Below, one piece after another: positions 9,960-19,988 of a stretch of 64,000 bases of DNA. Position 1 is the stretch's first letter. The number at the start of each line of letters is the position of its first letter. The DNA comes from Chrysiogenia bacterium (GTDB lineage Bacteria > JAGRBM01): positions 1,246-65,245 of the forward strand of contig JAGRBM010000286.1 in NCBI GenBank assembly GCA_020434085.1. Direction: 5' to 3'. The notes under the pieces are model-generated. The model searched no databases. It was not told the origin of the DNA and worked only from the letters and a program-made list of their open reading frames with translations. The translations under genes and the position numbers were made by a program.

Positions 9960-10787
9960 TTACTTGGCGTCGCGGGTGCGCTTGTCTACTTCGATCATGG
10001 CGTAGGCCGAGTGGTTGTGGATGGACTCGAAGTTCTCCACTTCCACGGTGTAGGCCTGGATGCGCTCGTCTTTTTCGAGCTGCGCTGCCACATCGCGCAC
10101 GAAGTCCTCGCAGAACTTGGGATTGTCGTAGGCGCGCTCGGTGACGTATTTCTCGTCGGGGCGCTTCAAAACGCCATAGAGTTCGCACGAGGCCTGCTTT
10201 TCAACAAGCTCGATGATCTCCTCGATCCACACGAAGTCGCTGGTTTCGACGGTAACCGTGACGTGGGCCCGCTGGTTGTGGGCGCCGTAGTCGGAGATGT
10301 TCTTGGAGCACGGGCACAGGCTCGTCGCCGGAACGAGCACACGCAGCTTGTCGCAGGCCTTGCCGTCCCTCACCTCACCGATGAGCGAGACGTGGTAGTC
10401 CATCAGGCTTCTCATGCCCGAGACCGGGGCGGCCTTGTCGACGAAGTAGGGGAAGCTCATTTCGATGTGCGAGTCCTTGGACTCCAGGCGCTCGCACACT
10501 TCGGTCATCATCTCGCGAAAACTCTCGACCGAGATTGCCCGCTCGTGACCGTTGAGGATCTCCACGAAGCGCGACATGTGCGTGCCCTTGAAGTGCTCGG
10601 GCAGGCTCACATACATGTTGAAGTCGGCAACCGTGTGCTGGACGCCCTCGCTGCGGTCCTGGACCTGCACGGGGTGCTTGATGTCCTTGATGCCCACCCG
10701 GTTGATGGGAATGCGCCTTGCATCGGCCGCGCCCTGCACATCGGGCATCATGCTGGCCGTGTCTGGAATCTTGTCTGGTGCTGCCAT
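9960..10787 (-). CDS. folE2: GTP cyclohydrolase FolE2/MptA family
   Basis: MPDVQ...[17 protein letters not shown]-terminal signature of FolE2; ATG at 10787 with an AGGAA RBS. Confidence 0.75.
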   Translation of the reverse strand: MAAPDKIPDTASMMPDVQGAADARRIPINRVGIKDIKHPVQVQDRSEGVQHTVADFNMYVSLPEHFKGTHMSRFVEILNGHERAISVESFREMMTEVCERLESKDSHIEMSFPYFVDKAAPVSGMRSLMDYHVSLIGEVRDGKACDKLRVLVPATSLCPCSKNISDYGAHNQRAHVTVTVETSDFVWIEEIIELVEKQASCELYGVLKRPDEKYVTERAYDNPKFCEDFVRDVAAQLEKDERIQAYTVEVENFESIHNHSAYAMIEVDKRTRDAK

Positions 10788-10806
10788 GTTCTGTCGTTCC
10801 TTCGCC

Positions 10807-11427
10807 TCAGCCCTTGGGATGCGCCTTGGAGTCCAAAGGGATCTCCAGGTGCCGTTGCAGGGCCTCGTTCTCAGTAAGTAGCGCGAGCGCGGCGCGAAGT
10901 CCCTCGCGCTGCCCCGGCCATGCAAGGCGCGCGCAGGCGGCCTCGATGTCGAGCCATTCATGCCCGTCGTGTTCGTCGTCGAGCTGCGGCGTGTTCTCCT
11001 CCACCACCGCGACGAAGACGGGGATCTCGTTCACCCGGTCGGCCTCCCACTCATAGAAGCGGTTGAGGTAGGGCACGGTCAGCAGCCGCTTCGGCGAGAA
11101 GCCGGTTTCCTCAGCCAGCTCGCGAAGGCAGGCCTGCCAGGCGCTCTCGCCTGCCTCGATCTTGCCGCCCACCATCCGCCAGTCGCCGCCGTAGATCTTG
11201 CTTGCCGAACGCCGCAGGAGCAGGAACTCGTAACAGCCATCCACCGCGCGGGACTCGCTTGAAACGCCCGCAATGCGGGCGATGTGGCAATCGAACACCC
11301 GGATCACCGGGCTTCTGGGTGTGGGACTGGTCACTTGGTCTCCGCTCCGACACAGGAGAGCCTGGAGGGCGCCTCGCGCGGGTCCCGAACCACCAATGCC
11401 GGGCCGCGTCATTCCGGGGAGTTTCAT
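10807..11427 (-). CDS. NUDIX hydrolase
   Basis: Nudix box [23 protein letters not shown]; start placed at the internal Met (MKLPG) of the longer ORF. Confidence 0.75.
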   Translation of the reverse strand: MKLPGMTRPGIGGSGPARGALQALLCRSGDQVTSPTPRSPVIRVFDCHIARIAGVSSESRAVDGCYEFLLLRRSASKIYGGDWRMVGGKIEAGESAWQACLRELAEETGFSPKRLLTVPYLNRFYEWEADRVNEIPVFVAVVEENTPQLDDEHDGHEWLDIEAACARLAWPGQREGLRAALALLTENEALQRHLEIPLDSKAHPKG

Positions 11428-11494
11428 AGCAAGATTTCGCCGAAAAGGCGAAGGGGGAGCTGAATGGGGCTCAGGGGTCTGCTGGAACGGGGCT

Positions 11495-12541
11495 TTATAC
11501 CTGGCCTGTCGGGCTATTTGACTCGAGCCACCCCTGAATGGCCGGCCACGTTTCCCTCTCCGCATGGATACCCATGATCAGGTCCTCGTGCCCGTAGTCG
11601 TGCGTGTGCCCATAGGTGCGCCCGAAACGCTGCTCGTGCGTTCCGAATCGGCCCGACGCCTCGTGAGGGCACTGGAGGTCCGCGCACCCGGACATGGAGA
11701 GTACCGGGTAATCATAGCCGCGCTCTTCGAGCAGCTCGGTATACGGGCGGCCCTGGCTACTGAGCATCCCCCGACCGTTGATTGCGCCTGCCAGGTCGCG
11801 CAGCACCTTCGAGCTGATCGGGTGTATCCCCAGGGTCAGCAAGCGCCGGTAGACATTCATTTCAACATTCCGGTGGTTCACCAGTGAACCCAGACGCGCC
11901 CACGAGAAAAAGCGGCTGAGCTCGGCAAGCGGGATCAGGAGGAATTTGGCGGGCACGGCGGGAATTGCGTGACTGAGCGGGGCGAGCCCCACGATCTTGT
12001 GGAATGCGCTGGGAGTGCCGCTGTAGTCGAGCGAGGCGGCAATGGCGATCGCGCTCTTGATCTTGCCCGGGTCAACGGCACCGACCGCATGCGCGCCGTA
12101 GAGCACGATTCCGCCCATGGAGTGGCCGATGTAGTGAAGCGCGCGCTGGCCCGAGCGCTCAAGGACCGCGTCGATGACTGCCGGAAGGTCGAGCTCGCAG
12201 TGCTCGGCAATGCCGTGTCCCCAGACCGGTCCCTGGCTGGATGCCGGCGGCCGGCTCAGCCCGTGCCCGCGCAGCTCAAGTGAGTAGACCTCGTACCCCT
12301 CGCGTGCCAGATGCGCCGCAAGCGAATACCGGGGGTCGATGTCGAAAGTCAGCCGGTTGCTGGCCAGCCCGTGGCAGAGGAGGACGACCTCACCGCCCGA
12401 ACGCGGTTGCGAGTAGCTCGACACTGCGAGGCGCCAGCCATCGGGAGTCTCAATGGTGAGAACTTCCCGCGCCGATTCGCGCACTTCCCAAAATTGCAGT
12501 TGCCGGGTCGGTACCGGCAAGTGTGAACTGAGCTCTTCCAT
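11495..12541 (-). CDS. Alpha/beta-fold hydrolase
   Basis: GHSMGG nucleophile elbow; HGLASN oxyanion region. Confidence 0.8.
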   Translation of the reverse strand: MEELSSHLPVPTRQLQFWEVRESAREVLTIETPDGWRLAVSSYSQPRSGGEVVLLCHGLASNRLTFDIDPRYSLAAHLAREGYEVYSLELRGHGLSRPPASSQGPVWGHGIAEHCELDLPAVIDAVLERSGQRALHYIGHSMGGIVLYGAHAVGAVDPGKIKSAIAIAASLDYSGTPSAFHKIVGLAPLSHAIPAVPAKFLLIPLAELSRFFSWARLGSLVNHRNVEMNVYRRLLTLGIHPISSKVLRDLAGAINGRGMLSSQGRPYTELLEERGYDYPVLSMSGCADLQCPHEASGRFGTHEQRFGRTYGHTHDYGHEDLIMGIHAERETWPAIQGWLESNSPTGQV

Positions 12542-12699
12542 CTTCTGTCCCCTCCCGTGGCGGGATCTCCACGGAGGAGTCCACAGGCAACACGTATTAC
12601 ATTGTAGTTCAATGCGCTACGATAGAAAGGGGAAAAAATTGCTGGAATATTAATGGCTTAGGGACGTGCGATGTGTAGGGGCGATAGCCAAACCATCTT

Positions 12700-13167
12700 T
12701 CACTTCGCTTTTGGCCCCACCAGCAGCTTCACGTCGGCGCGAGCTACCTCGGTGCCGGCCTCGTCGTGCAGGTGGACCTGGGTCTTGTGCTCGATGCGCT
12801 CGCTGGTCTCGGGAATGCCTGCCTCGCAGGTGGCGGTGATGGTGCCGCGGGCCTTCTTGTAATACTGGATGGTCAGCTCCACCGGAATGAACTGGAGCTT
12901 TGGCGAGAGCCCCGCCATCGGCGCCAGGTTTCCGGTAAACTCTGCCAGATTGAACAGGGCCGCGGCGTGCAGGCAGCTCAAATGATTGCGCAGCGCCTTG
13001 CGGTCGCGCATCTCCACTTTGGCAAAGCCCGGCCGCAGCTCGACGATGCGCGGGTGGATGCTGGCGGTGTAGGGCACGACAAAGCGCAACACCTGCGGGA
13101 ACAGGGCCTTGCCGCCGGGGATTTTCTCCGCGGCGCTCCAGGCGCGCATCAGGGTGTTCTCACTCAT
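12700..13167 (-). CDS. Hot-dog fold protein, DUF4442-like (possible acyl-CoA thioesterase)
   Basis: 156 aa; LRFVVPYTASIHPRIVEL...RNHLSCLHAAALFNLAEFTG pattern; ATG at 13167 with a GGAGG RBS. Confidence 0.6.
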   Translation of the reverse strand: MSENTLMRAWSAAEKIPGGKALFPQVLRFVVPYTASIHPRIVELRPGFAKVEMRDRKALRNHLSCLHAAALFNLAEFTGNLAPMAGLSPKLQFIPVELTIQYYKKARGTITATCEAGIPETSERIEHKTQVHLHDEAGTEVARADVKLLVGPKAK

Positions 13168-13322
13168 TTGTCGACCTCCGCGCAGCATCCCGAATGCCCG
13201 CGCCCTCTCCCATAGCGCGCTCACGAGCGGCGGTCACTTTTTCCGTGAATTGGTTTCAGTTCCACGCTACCCTTTTAAGCATCCGACGCGACCCAGGGCT
13301 ACGGGCGCGAAGCGGAGGCGCC

Positions 13323-13820
13323 ATGAAAGAGATCCACACCGAACACGTCTTTCCCATTTCGCCCGAACGATTGATGGAACTGATGGACGAGGATGCCTAC
13401 CGCGACTTTGTCGCGGAGCGCATGCCGGGTCTGGTCGATTTCGAGCGGCTTGAGTTTCGCTGGGACGGTGATACCCGCATCCGGCGGGTTCGCATGAAGT
13501 TCGACACGCCGCTTCCGGCGCTCATCAAGCGGGCGCTTCCCAGCAAGGGCGAAGGATGGCTCGAGGAGACGAACCTGCTCTATCCCAAAGAGCGGCGCAT
13601 GGAGAGCACCATGGTTTCGACGGTGACCAAGACCGTGCGGCTCGTCCATTTCCACGAAGGTTCCCACCCCGGCGAGACCCGCCGGGTATCGCATTCACGG
13701 CTGGAGGCGAAAGTCCCGCTGGTTGCCGGCGCGCTCGAAAAGCTGATGGAGCGCGAAGCTCACAAACACAAGGACAGCGAATTCGACATCACGATGGCAT
13801 TTCTCCAAGAGATGGCCTGA
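13323..13820 (+). CDS. SRPBCC-like (DUF2505-type) ligand-binding protein
   Basis: 165 aa; ATG at 13323 with a GGAGG RBS; paralogous to 48548..49045 (shared IRRVRMKFDTPLPALIKRAL / KIVRVYPDLHLPAWIERAL). Confidence 0.5.
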   Translation: MKEIHTEHVFPISPERLMELMDEDAYRDFVAERMPGLVDFERLEFRWDGDTRIRRVRMKFDTPLPALIKRALPSKGEGWLEETNLLYPKERRMESTMVSTVTKTVRLVHFHEGSHPGETRRVSHSRLEAKVPLVAGALEKLMEREAHKHKDSEFDITMAFLQEMA

Positions 13821-13828
13821 GGGGATTG

Positions 13829-14872
13829 TCACGGCGCCGGGTTCGGCGATTCCAGATGAATCCGATCGATTTCCTTGAGGACTTCCTCGCTCAGCTCCAG
13901 GTCGATGCTGGCGATGTTGTTCCTAAGCTGCGCCATGGTGGTGGCGCCGATGATGGTCGCGGTCGTGTAGGGACGTGAGTTCACGAAGGCCAGCGCCATC
14001 TGCGCCGGGTCGAGGCCGTGTTTCTTTGCCAGCGCCACGTACTTCTCAATCGCCGCGTCGGTCTGGGGGCTTTCGTAGCGCTGCTGCCTTTGAAAGAGCG
14101 CCTTGCGCGAGCCCTCCGGCAGCGCGCCGTTCAAGTATTTGCCGGTCAGGAAACCCTGCCCCAATGGGGAGTAAGCGAGCAGTCCCACCTTGTCACGGTG
14201 ATAAAACTCCGAGAGCCCTTCCTCGAAGGTGCGGTTGATCAGGTTGAACGCGTTCTGCACGCTCTGCACCCGCGGCAGGTTCTTTGTCTCGCTCGCCTGC
14301 AGGAATTTGGAAACGCCCCACGGCGTTTCGTTGGAGAGCCCCACGTGACGGATCTTGCCGGCCTTCACCAGATCGGCGAGCACTTCGAGCGTTTCCTCGG
14401 GCGCTACCTCGTCGCGGCTTTCCTTGTGCGTGTAGGCGAGCCCACCAAACAAGGGGATCGGACGGTCGGGCCAGTGAAGCTGGTAGAGATCGATGTAATC
14501 GGTTTGGAGGCGCTTTAGACTCTGGTCCACCGCATACTCGATGTTCTTGCGATCGAGCCGGGTGCGCCCTTCCCACGGGCGGAACCAACCCATCTGCGAG
14601 CGACCGACTACCTTCGTTGCAATGACGACCTTGTCGCGGTTCTTGCGCGCCGCAAGCCAGGTGCCGACGATCTCCTCGGTGCGCCCCTGCGTATCGGCCT
14701 TGGGCGGAATGGCGTAGAGCTCCGCCATGTCGAAGAAGTTAATCCCCTGATCCAGCGCGTAGTCGAGCTGCTCGTGGCCCTCGGCCTCCGTGTTCTGCTC
14801 GCCGTAGGTCATGGTCCCCAGGCAGATCAGGCTGACATCGAGATCGGTGCTTCCAAGCTTGCGGTATTTCAT
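13829..14872 (-). CDS. Aldo/keto reductase (Tas/YajO-like)
   Basis: MKYRKLGSTDLDVSLICLGTMTYG N-terminus and AKR barrel length (347 aa). Confidence 0.85.
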   Translation of the reverse strand: MKYRKLGSTDLDVSLICLGTMTYGEQNTEAEGHEQLDYALDQGINFFDMAELYAIPPKADTQGRTEEIVGTWLAARKNRDKVVIATKVVGRSQMGWFRPWEGRTRLDRKNIEYAVDQSLKRLQTDYIDLYQLHWPDRPIPLFGGLAYTHKESRDEVAPEETLEVLADLVKAGKIRHVGLSNETPWGVSKFLQASETKNLPRVQSVQNAFNLINRTFEEGLSEFYHRDKVGLLAYSPLGQGFLTGKYLNGALPEGSRKALFQRQQRYESPQTDAAIEKYVALAKKHGLDPAQMALAFVNSRPYTTATIIGATTMAQLRNNIASIDLELSEEVLKEIDRIHLESPNPAP

Positions 14873-14965
14873 GGGAGCGAGGATATCACGCCCCGCCCGG
14901 GACTGGGAATGCGCACAGAAAACCCCGCATGGAGCGGGGTTTTCTGGCCGCGACTGTCGGCGAGG

Positions 14966-15250
14966 CTAGTTCTTGAGTTCCTCGCGCAGGGTGTCATAGC
15001 GCTCGCTCAGGTTTTTGAGAAACACCTTGAACTGCAGGCGCGACTCATGGGCGCTGTCCTTCATTTCCTCGCCCACCTGTTTGAGTTTGGACTGGGCCTG
15101 CTGGAATTCCTTCTCCAACTCGTCCCAGCGGTCGCGCACCTCGGCCTTGCCGAGATTGTATTTCAGCTTGAGTTCGTCGCGGCGCTGCTTGAGCTCGTCG
15201 GCAAGCTGCTGGATTGAATCATTCGAAGTATCAGAAGTCTGGGTTTCCAT
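14966..15250 (-). CDS. Small coiled-coil protein (94 aa), unknown function
   Basis: ATG at 15250 with an AGGAGGA RBS; heptad-rich K/E sequence (QQLADELKQRRDELKLKY...). Confidence 0.45.
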   Translation of the reverse strand: METQTSDTSNDSIQQLADELKQRRDELKLKYNLGKAEVRDRWDELEKEFQQAQSKLKQVGEEMKDSAHESRLQFKVFLKNLSERYDTLREELKN

Positions 15251-15503
15251 GGGTCCTCCTTTGACCGTTGAAGATGGGGTGCAGACAAATGCCTGCCATT
15301 CGGCTCGACGTAGAATCGTCCGGATGGAAGCGCACTGGCGCTCAAGCGAATGTCTGGAAGTCAGGTGGTTGTGAAGCAATCTGGCATCATCACCCGCTAC
15401 GTTAACATCCCCGCAGCCGGGACCAAAACGCGCGGCAGTGCTGCCCTTATGCGCGGGTTCAGCGGTCATGCGAAAGCGCGCGCGGCCCGAAGGATATGGT
15501 TGC

Positions 15504-17138
15504 CTAGTTCAAACGGAATCGCGCCACCGCATTGGAGAGCTGATCGGCCATGTGGGAGAGTTCCCCGGCAGTGGCGGCGATCTCTTCGGTACTGCCGGCG
15601 TTTTCTCGCGCAACGGATGCGATCTCGCCGATCTTGGCGGCCACGTTGTCGGAGGTGGCCGCTTGCTGCTCGGCGGCGGAGTTGAGTTCGGCCACGAGCT
15701 GTGCGGTTCCCGACGCCGCGGCGAGAATGGATTCAAGCGCGCCGCCGGTCCGGCTGGCCAGATCCGCGCTGGCGGTGACCGCTTCCTGCACCCCGCCCAT
15801 GGACTCGCGCACCTGCTCGACGAGCCCCTGAATGCTGGTGAGCTGGGCCTCGATGCTCTTGGTGGACGCCGCGCTCTTCTCGGCGAGCTTGCCCACTTCG
15901 TCAGCGACCACTTCAAACCCGCGGCCGTGCTCTCCCGCGCGGGCGGCCTCGATTGCGGCGTTGAGCGCAAGCAGCTTGGTCTGGCCGGCAATTTCCTGGA
16001 TCACTTCGAGAACCTTGCCGATGTCGCCGGCATGACGGGCCAGTTCCTCTACCTGGTTGCCCGCCTGATCGACCGCACCGGAAACCGAACTCATGTGCCC
16101 CACGCTCTCGCTCACGACGGAGCCGCCCTCGGTGGCGAATTCGTGCGTTTGTTCGGAGGCCCTGCGGACGTTCTGTGCATTCTGTGAGATGACCTGCACA
16201 CTCTGCGCCATCTCCTCGGCGGAGGCGGCGACCTCATTGGCCTGCCGTGACTGCTGCTCGCTTCCATCGGCGAGGCTGTTGGATGAAGCGGCAATCTGCG
16301 TTGCCGACGTGCCCAGTTCCGCGCTGGAGCGACGGATCTCCGCAATCACCGTGCGCAGGCTCTCAATCATGCGCTTCATCGCGGCAACAAGTTGGCCGGT
16401 TTCGTCACTGGACCTCACATCCAGCTTCAGATCGAGCTGACCTTCGGCCAGATGGTTCGCCGCCTCAACCGCTTCCTGCAGGGGGCGCGTAATGGCACGG
16501 GTAACCCCCATGGACATCAGGAACAGAACGACTACCAGCCCCAGAATCAGGGCGCCCATGATCATCAGGGCGTAGACTTCGTTCTCGACGACCTTTGCAA
16601 AACCATCGGCCATCAGGGTGTTGGTCGTCTGGTAAAACCCGTCAAGGTCGGCACGCAGGCCGAGGTAGGACTCGCGCATCCGCCCCAGGTCGGCGATGAC
16701 ATTCTCATCGGCCAGACCGCCCAGCAACTGTTCCGTTGCAGCACGGGCACGCTGGTAGTAGTCAGAAAAGGCCGCTTCGAGCTCTTTGACCTGCCGGGCA
16801 TCCAGACTTTCATTCTTTTCGGCTTGCTTGAGGAGAGAGAGGAACCGATCGCGCAGGTCGTCGGTGTCGTCGAGGAGCAGCGGGTCTTCGGTGGCGGCGG
16901 CATCCTGCATGCCGCGCTGGATCTCCGAGAGGATCTCGCGCAGGTCGCGGCTCAGGGCCATGGCCGGCACTTCGGCGTCGCGGATTCTCTCAATCAGTTC
17001 ACGATTCGACCGGCCGAAGTGCTGGGATACCCATAAAATAATCAGGAGCATCACCAGCACCACGGCCGGCATCGTGAGCAGTTTCACGCGGAGCGGCTGG
17101 TCGCGCCAAAGCTTTCCCAGGGGGTTTTTGTCCGCCAT
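15504..17138 (-). CDS. Methyl-accepting chemotaxis protein
   Basis: Two TM segments, a HAMP domain, and the conserved MCP signalling motif [27 protein letters not shown]. Confidence 0.9.
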   Translation of the reverse strand: MADKNPLGKLWRDQPLRVKLLTMPAVVLVMLLIILWVSQHFGRSNRELIERIRDAEVPAMALSRDLREILSEIQRGMQDAAATEDPLLLDDTDDLRDRFLSLLKQAEKNESLDARQVKELEAAFSDYYQRARAATEQLLGGLADENVIADLGRMRESYLGLRADLDGFYQTTNTLMADGFAKVVENEVYALMIMGALILGLVVVLFLMSMGVTRAITRPLQEAVEAANHLAEGQLDLKLDVRSSDETGQLVAAMKRMIESLRTVIAEIRRSSAELGTSATQIAASSNSLADGSEQQSRQANEVAASAEEMAQSVQVISQNAQNVRRASEQTHEFATEGGSVVSESVGHMSSVSGAVDQAGNQVEELARHAGDIGKVLEVIQEIAGQTKLLALNAAIEAARAGEHGRGFEVVADEVGKLAEKSAASTKSIEAQLTSIQGLVEQVRESMGGVQEAVTASADLASRTGGALESILAAASGTAQLVAELNSAAEQQAATSDNVAAKIGEIASVARENAGSTEEIAATAGELSHMADQLSNAVARFRLN

Positions 17139-17180
17139 GGCTTTGCTTTCTCTCGCCCGAACCCCGCCCGCAAGCAGTTC

Positions 17181-17627
17181 TTACCTGAGCGTGATCACCT
17201 TCACGCCGCTGACATCTGCACCGGCGCTGACATAGCCGATGGCGCCGCGGTTCTTCTTCACGAAGTCCACGACTGCGGCATCGCTGGAAAGCTCCGGCGG
17301 CGGAACGCCGCGGCCCGAGAAGATCTGCTTCTGCCAGTAGGATTTCACCGCCGTTACCGAACGCCCGTGCACGGTCTCGGAAAACGCCTCCCGAACCGCC
17401 GAGTCGGGCGCCTGGTCCACCGGGTCCGCGGAGGTGCCATCGTCCCACGTGCTCACACGCTTGATGAAGAGCTTGGCAACGTCCTTGGCGTCCATGGACG
17501 CCACCGGATTGCCTGAGTTGACGATCAGCTTGAAGGACTCGGCCGCATTCGCCGGACCGCTCAGCCCGAGGAGCGAGCCCAGGAGGACAAGGCAAACAGT
17601 GAGGGTAAATTTCTTGATTGTATTCAC
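17181..17627 (-). CDS. Periplasmic substrate-binding-like protein (PBP-like, phosphate-binding family)
   Basis: Signal peptide ending ANA-AE; 148 aa; IGYVSAGAD pattern. Confidence 0.55.
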   Translation of the reverse strand: MNTIKKFTLTVCLVLLGSLLGLSGPANAAESFKLIVNSGNPVASMDAKDVAKLFIKRVSTWDDGTSADPVDQAPDSAVREAFSETVHGRSVTAVKSYWQKQIFSGRGVPPPELSSDAAVVDFVKKNRGAIGYVSAGADVSGVKVITLR

Positions 17628-17645
17628 GCTTTTGTTCCTCCTTTC

Positions 17646-18953
17646 CTAGAAGCTGAACTGCGCGCCGGCTTCGAAGAGATGGTTGCTCTCATCAAGCGGC
17701 GGACCCGCGTAGGGGGTAACAAAGGTAACGAATGCACCGATGGCCTCCGGCTGCGAATAGCGGTTGCCGTCGATGTAATGATAGGCCGTCTTGATGACAA
17801 AATGGGTATTGAACCAGTAGTTCAGCGCCACACCGTAGTCCACGTGACGGTCGATGGACTTTGGAAGCGCTGCAGCGAGCACGGGATTGTCGCTGATGTC
17901 ACCCTTGTAGTAATCGAGTCGGCCGGCAAGCTGCACGTGGTCGACGAACATGTAGGCAACTTCCAGATACGCTGCGGCAGTCTTATAGAACCTCTGTGCA
18001 TAGGTGTAGACGCCTTCGGTGCGGATCAGCAGATTGTCGCCCGCGTATTCAATGTGCGCGCCCACCGAACCACGCTCCGCATGCGTGACAAACGGGGGAA
18101 ACGTAAAGGTGTCACCCGATTTCAGGCCAAAGTAGCCCGAAGTACCGAAGCTCAGCCCCTCAATCGGCGTCGTCACGTGCAGTCGCCCGCCAAGAACATC
18201 CAGAAGAACCGTTTCCACAGTATTGGTGGGCGAGAGTTCCAGATCTGAAATCACCTGGCCACCGTACACATCATACTGCAGGCCCCAGTCGTCGGAGTAG
18301 ACATTGCCGGTAATGCCGCCGCCCTGGTAGGACTCGGCCACCACGGCCTGCGCGCCGTAAATACCCTGAGGCACGTCAAGGAAGGGACGGAGCGTGCCCA
18401 CATCGTAAATCTCGGTATAGATGCCGAAAGGCAACTTCACCTGCCCGGCACGGAGACGAAACGCGTCGCTGTAGTGCCATTCGGCGAAGGCATAGTCGAG
18501 TTCAATATCGCTCTCCGGGGACTTGGTGACCGTTCCCTGCGGCACCGCAACAGTGCAGCCGTTTGCCAGCGCTGGCGGGGGAACAGGAATCGCGGCGCAG
18601 GGCGGCGAGGCCAGCGGGAATGTGAATGTGTTCGTATCGAGCGTGCGCCCCTGCATGAGCGTCCAGTTGGCCTGGATCACCGCAGTAATGTCCTCGGTAG
18701 GCCGCGCGGACACGTTCAGCGATCCGGAGACGTTCGTATAGTTGCCCTCTTCATCGCCCTCGGCGTAGATGTAGCCTTCGTTGCTGGTGCGCTTGTAGGC
18801 CCAGCTTCCGTAGCCGTGTACCTGGACACTGTCGCCGATGCCTTCCGCCTTTGCGGCCCTGGGGCCGGCTACCAGACTCATTGCAATCGCCAAAAACATG
18901 ACGATGGCACCGGTTCGCCAGCGTTGTACTGTACTGATTCCCTGACCTCTCAT
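17646..18953 (-). CDS. Outer-membrane beta-barrel porin-like protein
   Basis: Signal peptide, alternating amphipathic beta-strand pattern, C-terminal ...GAQFSF (terminal Phe). Confidence 0.6.
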   Translation of the reverse strand: MRGQGISTVQRWRTGAIVMFLAIAMSLVAGPRAAKAEGIGDSVQVHGYGSWAYKRTSNEGYIYAEGDEEGNYTNVSGSLNVSARPTEDITAVIQANWTLMQGRTLDTNTFTFPLASPPCAAIPVPPPALANGCTVAVPQGTVTKSPESDIELDYAFAEWHYSDAFRLRAGQVKLPFGIYTEIYDVGTLRPFLDVPQGIYGAQAVVAESYQGGGITGNVYSDDWGLQYDVYGGQVISDLELSPTNTVETVLLDVLGGRLHVTTPIEGLSFGTSGYFGLKSGDTFTFPPFVTHAERGSVGAHIEYAGDNLLIRTEGVYTYAQRFYKTAAAYLEVAYMFVDHVQLAGRLDYYKGDISDNPVLAAALPKSIDRHVDYGVALNYWFNTHFVIKTAYHYIDGNRYSQPEAIGAFVTFVTPYAGPPLDESNHLFEAGAQFSF

Positions 18954-19988
18954 ATGACCCTACTCTCCGTTAATAATGATTTTGCCGCCGGCGTCTGCCT
19001 CAACCCCGCGGACTTTGGAAAACAGAATTAGAATGTGAAATGCCTGACTTATGCCTCTGAAGTGTTTGGTCAAAAAAGCATAACTCGTGCCAAAACAGTG
19101 TACATTCGTGCAATCCACCAATGGCTCAGGAGCGACTCAGCAAGCTGAATCCCCCTGTGTTGCGCAAAACTGTGCTGTGATGCCGGAGTCAGTAATTGTC
19201 GTTTCTGGCGATTAGTAAAAAACAATTGGACGCATTTGGCAAGTCATGGGGCGCTTCACCAAAGACTGGGCGTGGTTTGCCAGAAGTGAGTCGCGATCAT
19301 CCCATTTGGATCGCCAATGGTTTGTCGGTTTGTGGCAAATTGCACCAGGGTAGTGCGGAAGAAACTGGCGCGCCCGGGTGGAGGAGTTTAGAACCGCAGT
19401 GCGGGAAATGGCAGCCTGAGAGCGGCCTGCCACTATTTTGCCTGCTGAAAACAATGGGAGGAGGCTTCTCTTCCGGTAATCTGGGCGATACCAAATCCCT
19501 GACGCGCCGAACCCACCTCAGTAGCCGACCACCCTTTGCCCTGTCCGAGTCTACGTCCACTCCGGGCAGCCGGAGCCGGTGTCGAAACCTTACGGGCATG
19601 GCTGCTGCTCCCCCCCACTATTATCGCCGCGCAAAAGATGGGCCAGCGTGCTGCGGGACTCCCATCCCGCCCCAGTGCATCAGCAATTTCAATCCGACGA
19701 TCAATCCGCGGATTTCGGGAGAACTGCACAGCTTGCATACAGATCACTCAGCAGGAGCGCCGTGCCTGAGAGGGCCGTCAGAAATGCCAGCTTGGAAATC
19801 AGGGGAGCGGTACCCTTCGCCAGCACGGCGCCGGTGAGTGAGCTGGCCGCCGACATGTCACAAGCGAACACCTCGTGACTGATCACGGATACATAACGGA
19901 CGCAAAGTTTCGTGCTTTAATGCAGACTTGTGCCGTTTTGGACAATGATTATTCATCAGTAATTCAAAACAAAGGGTGTCCAGATGAT

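Noticed and set aside
19196-19837. 213-aa plus-strand ORF in the low-GC gap
   Set aside because: It has no RBS or start context and an odd amino-acid composition. It overlaps several equally long ORFs in other frames, so the gap is treated as non-coding.
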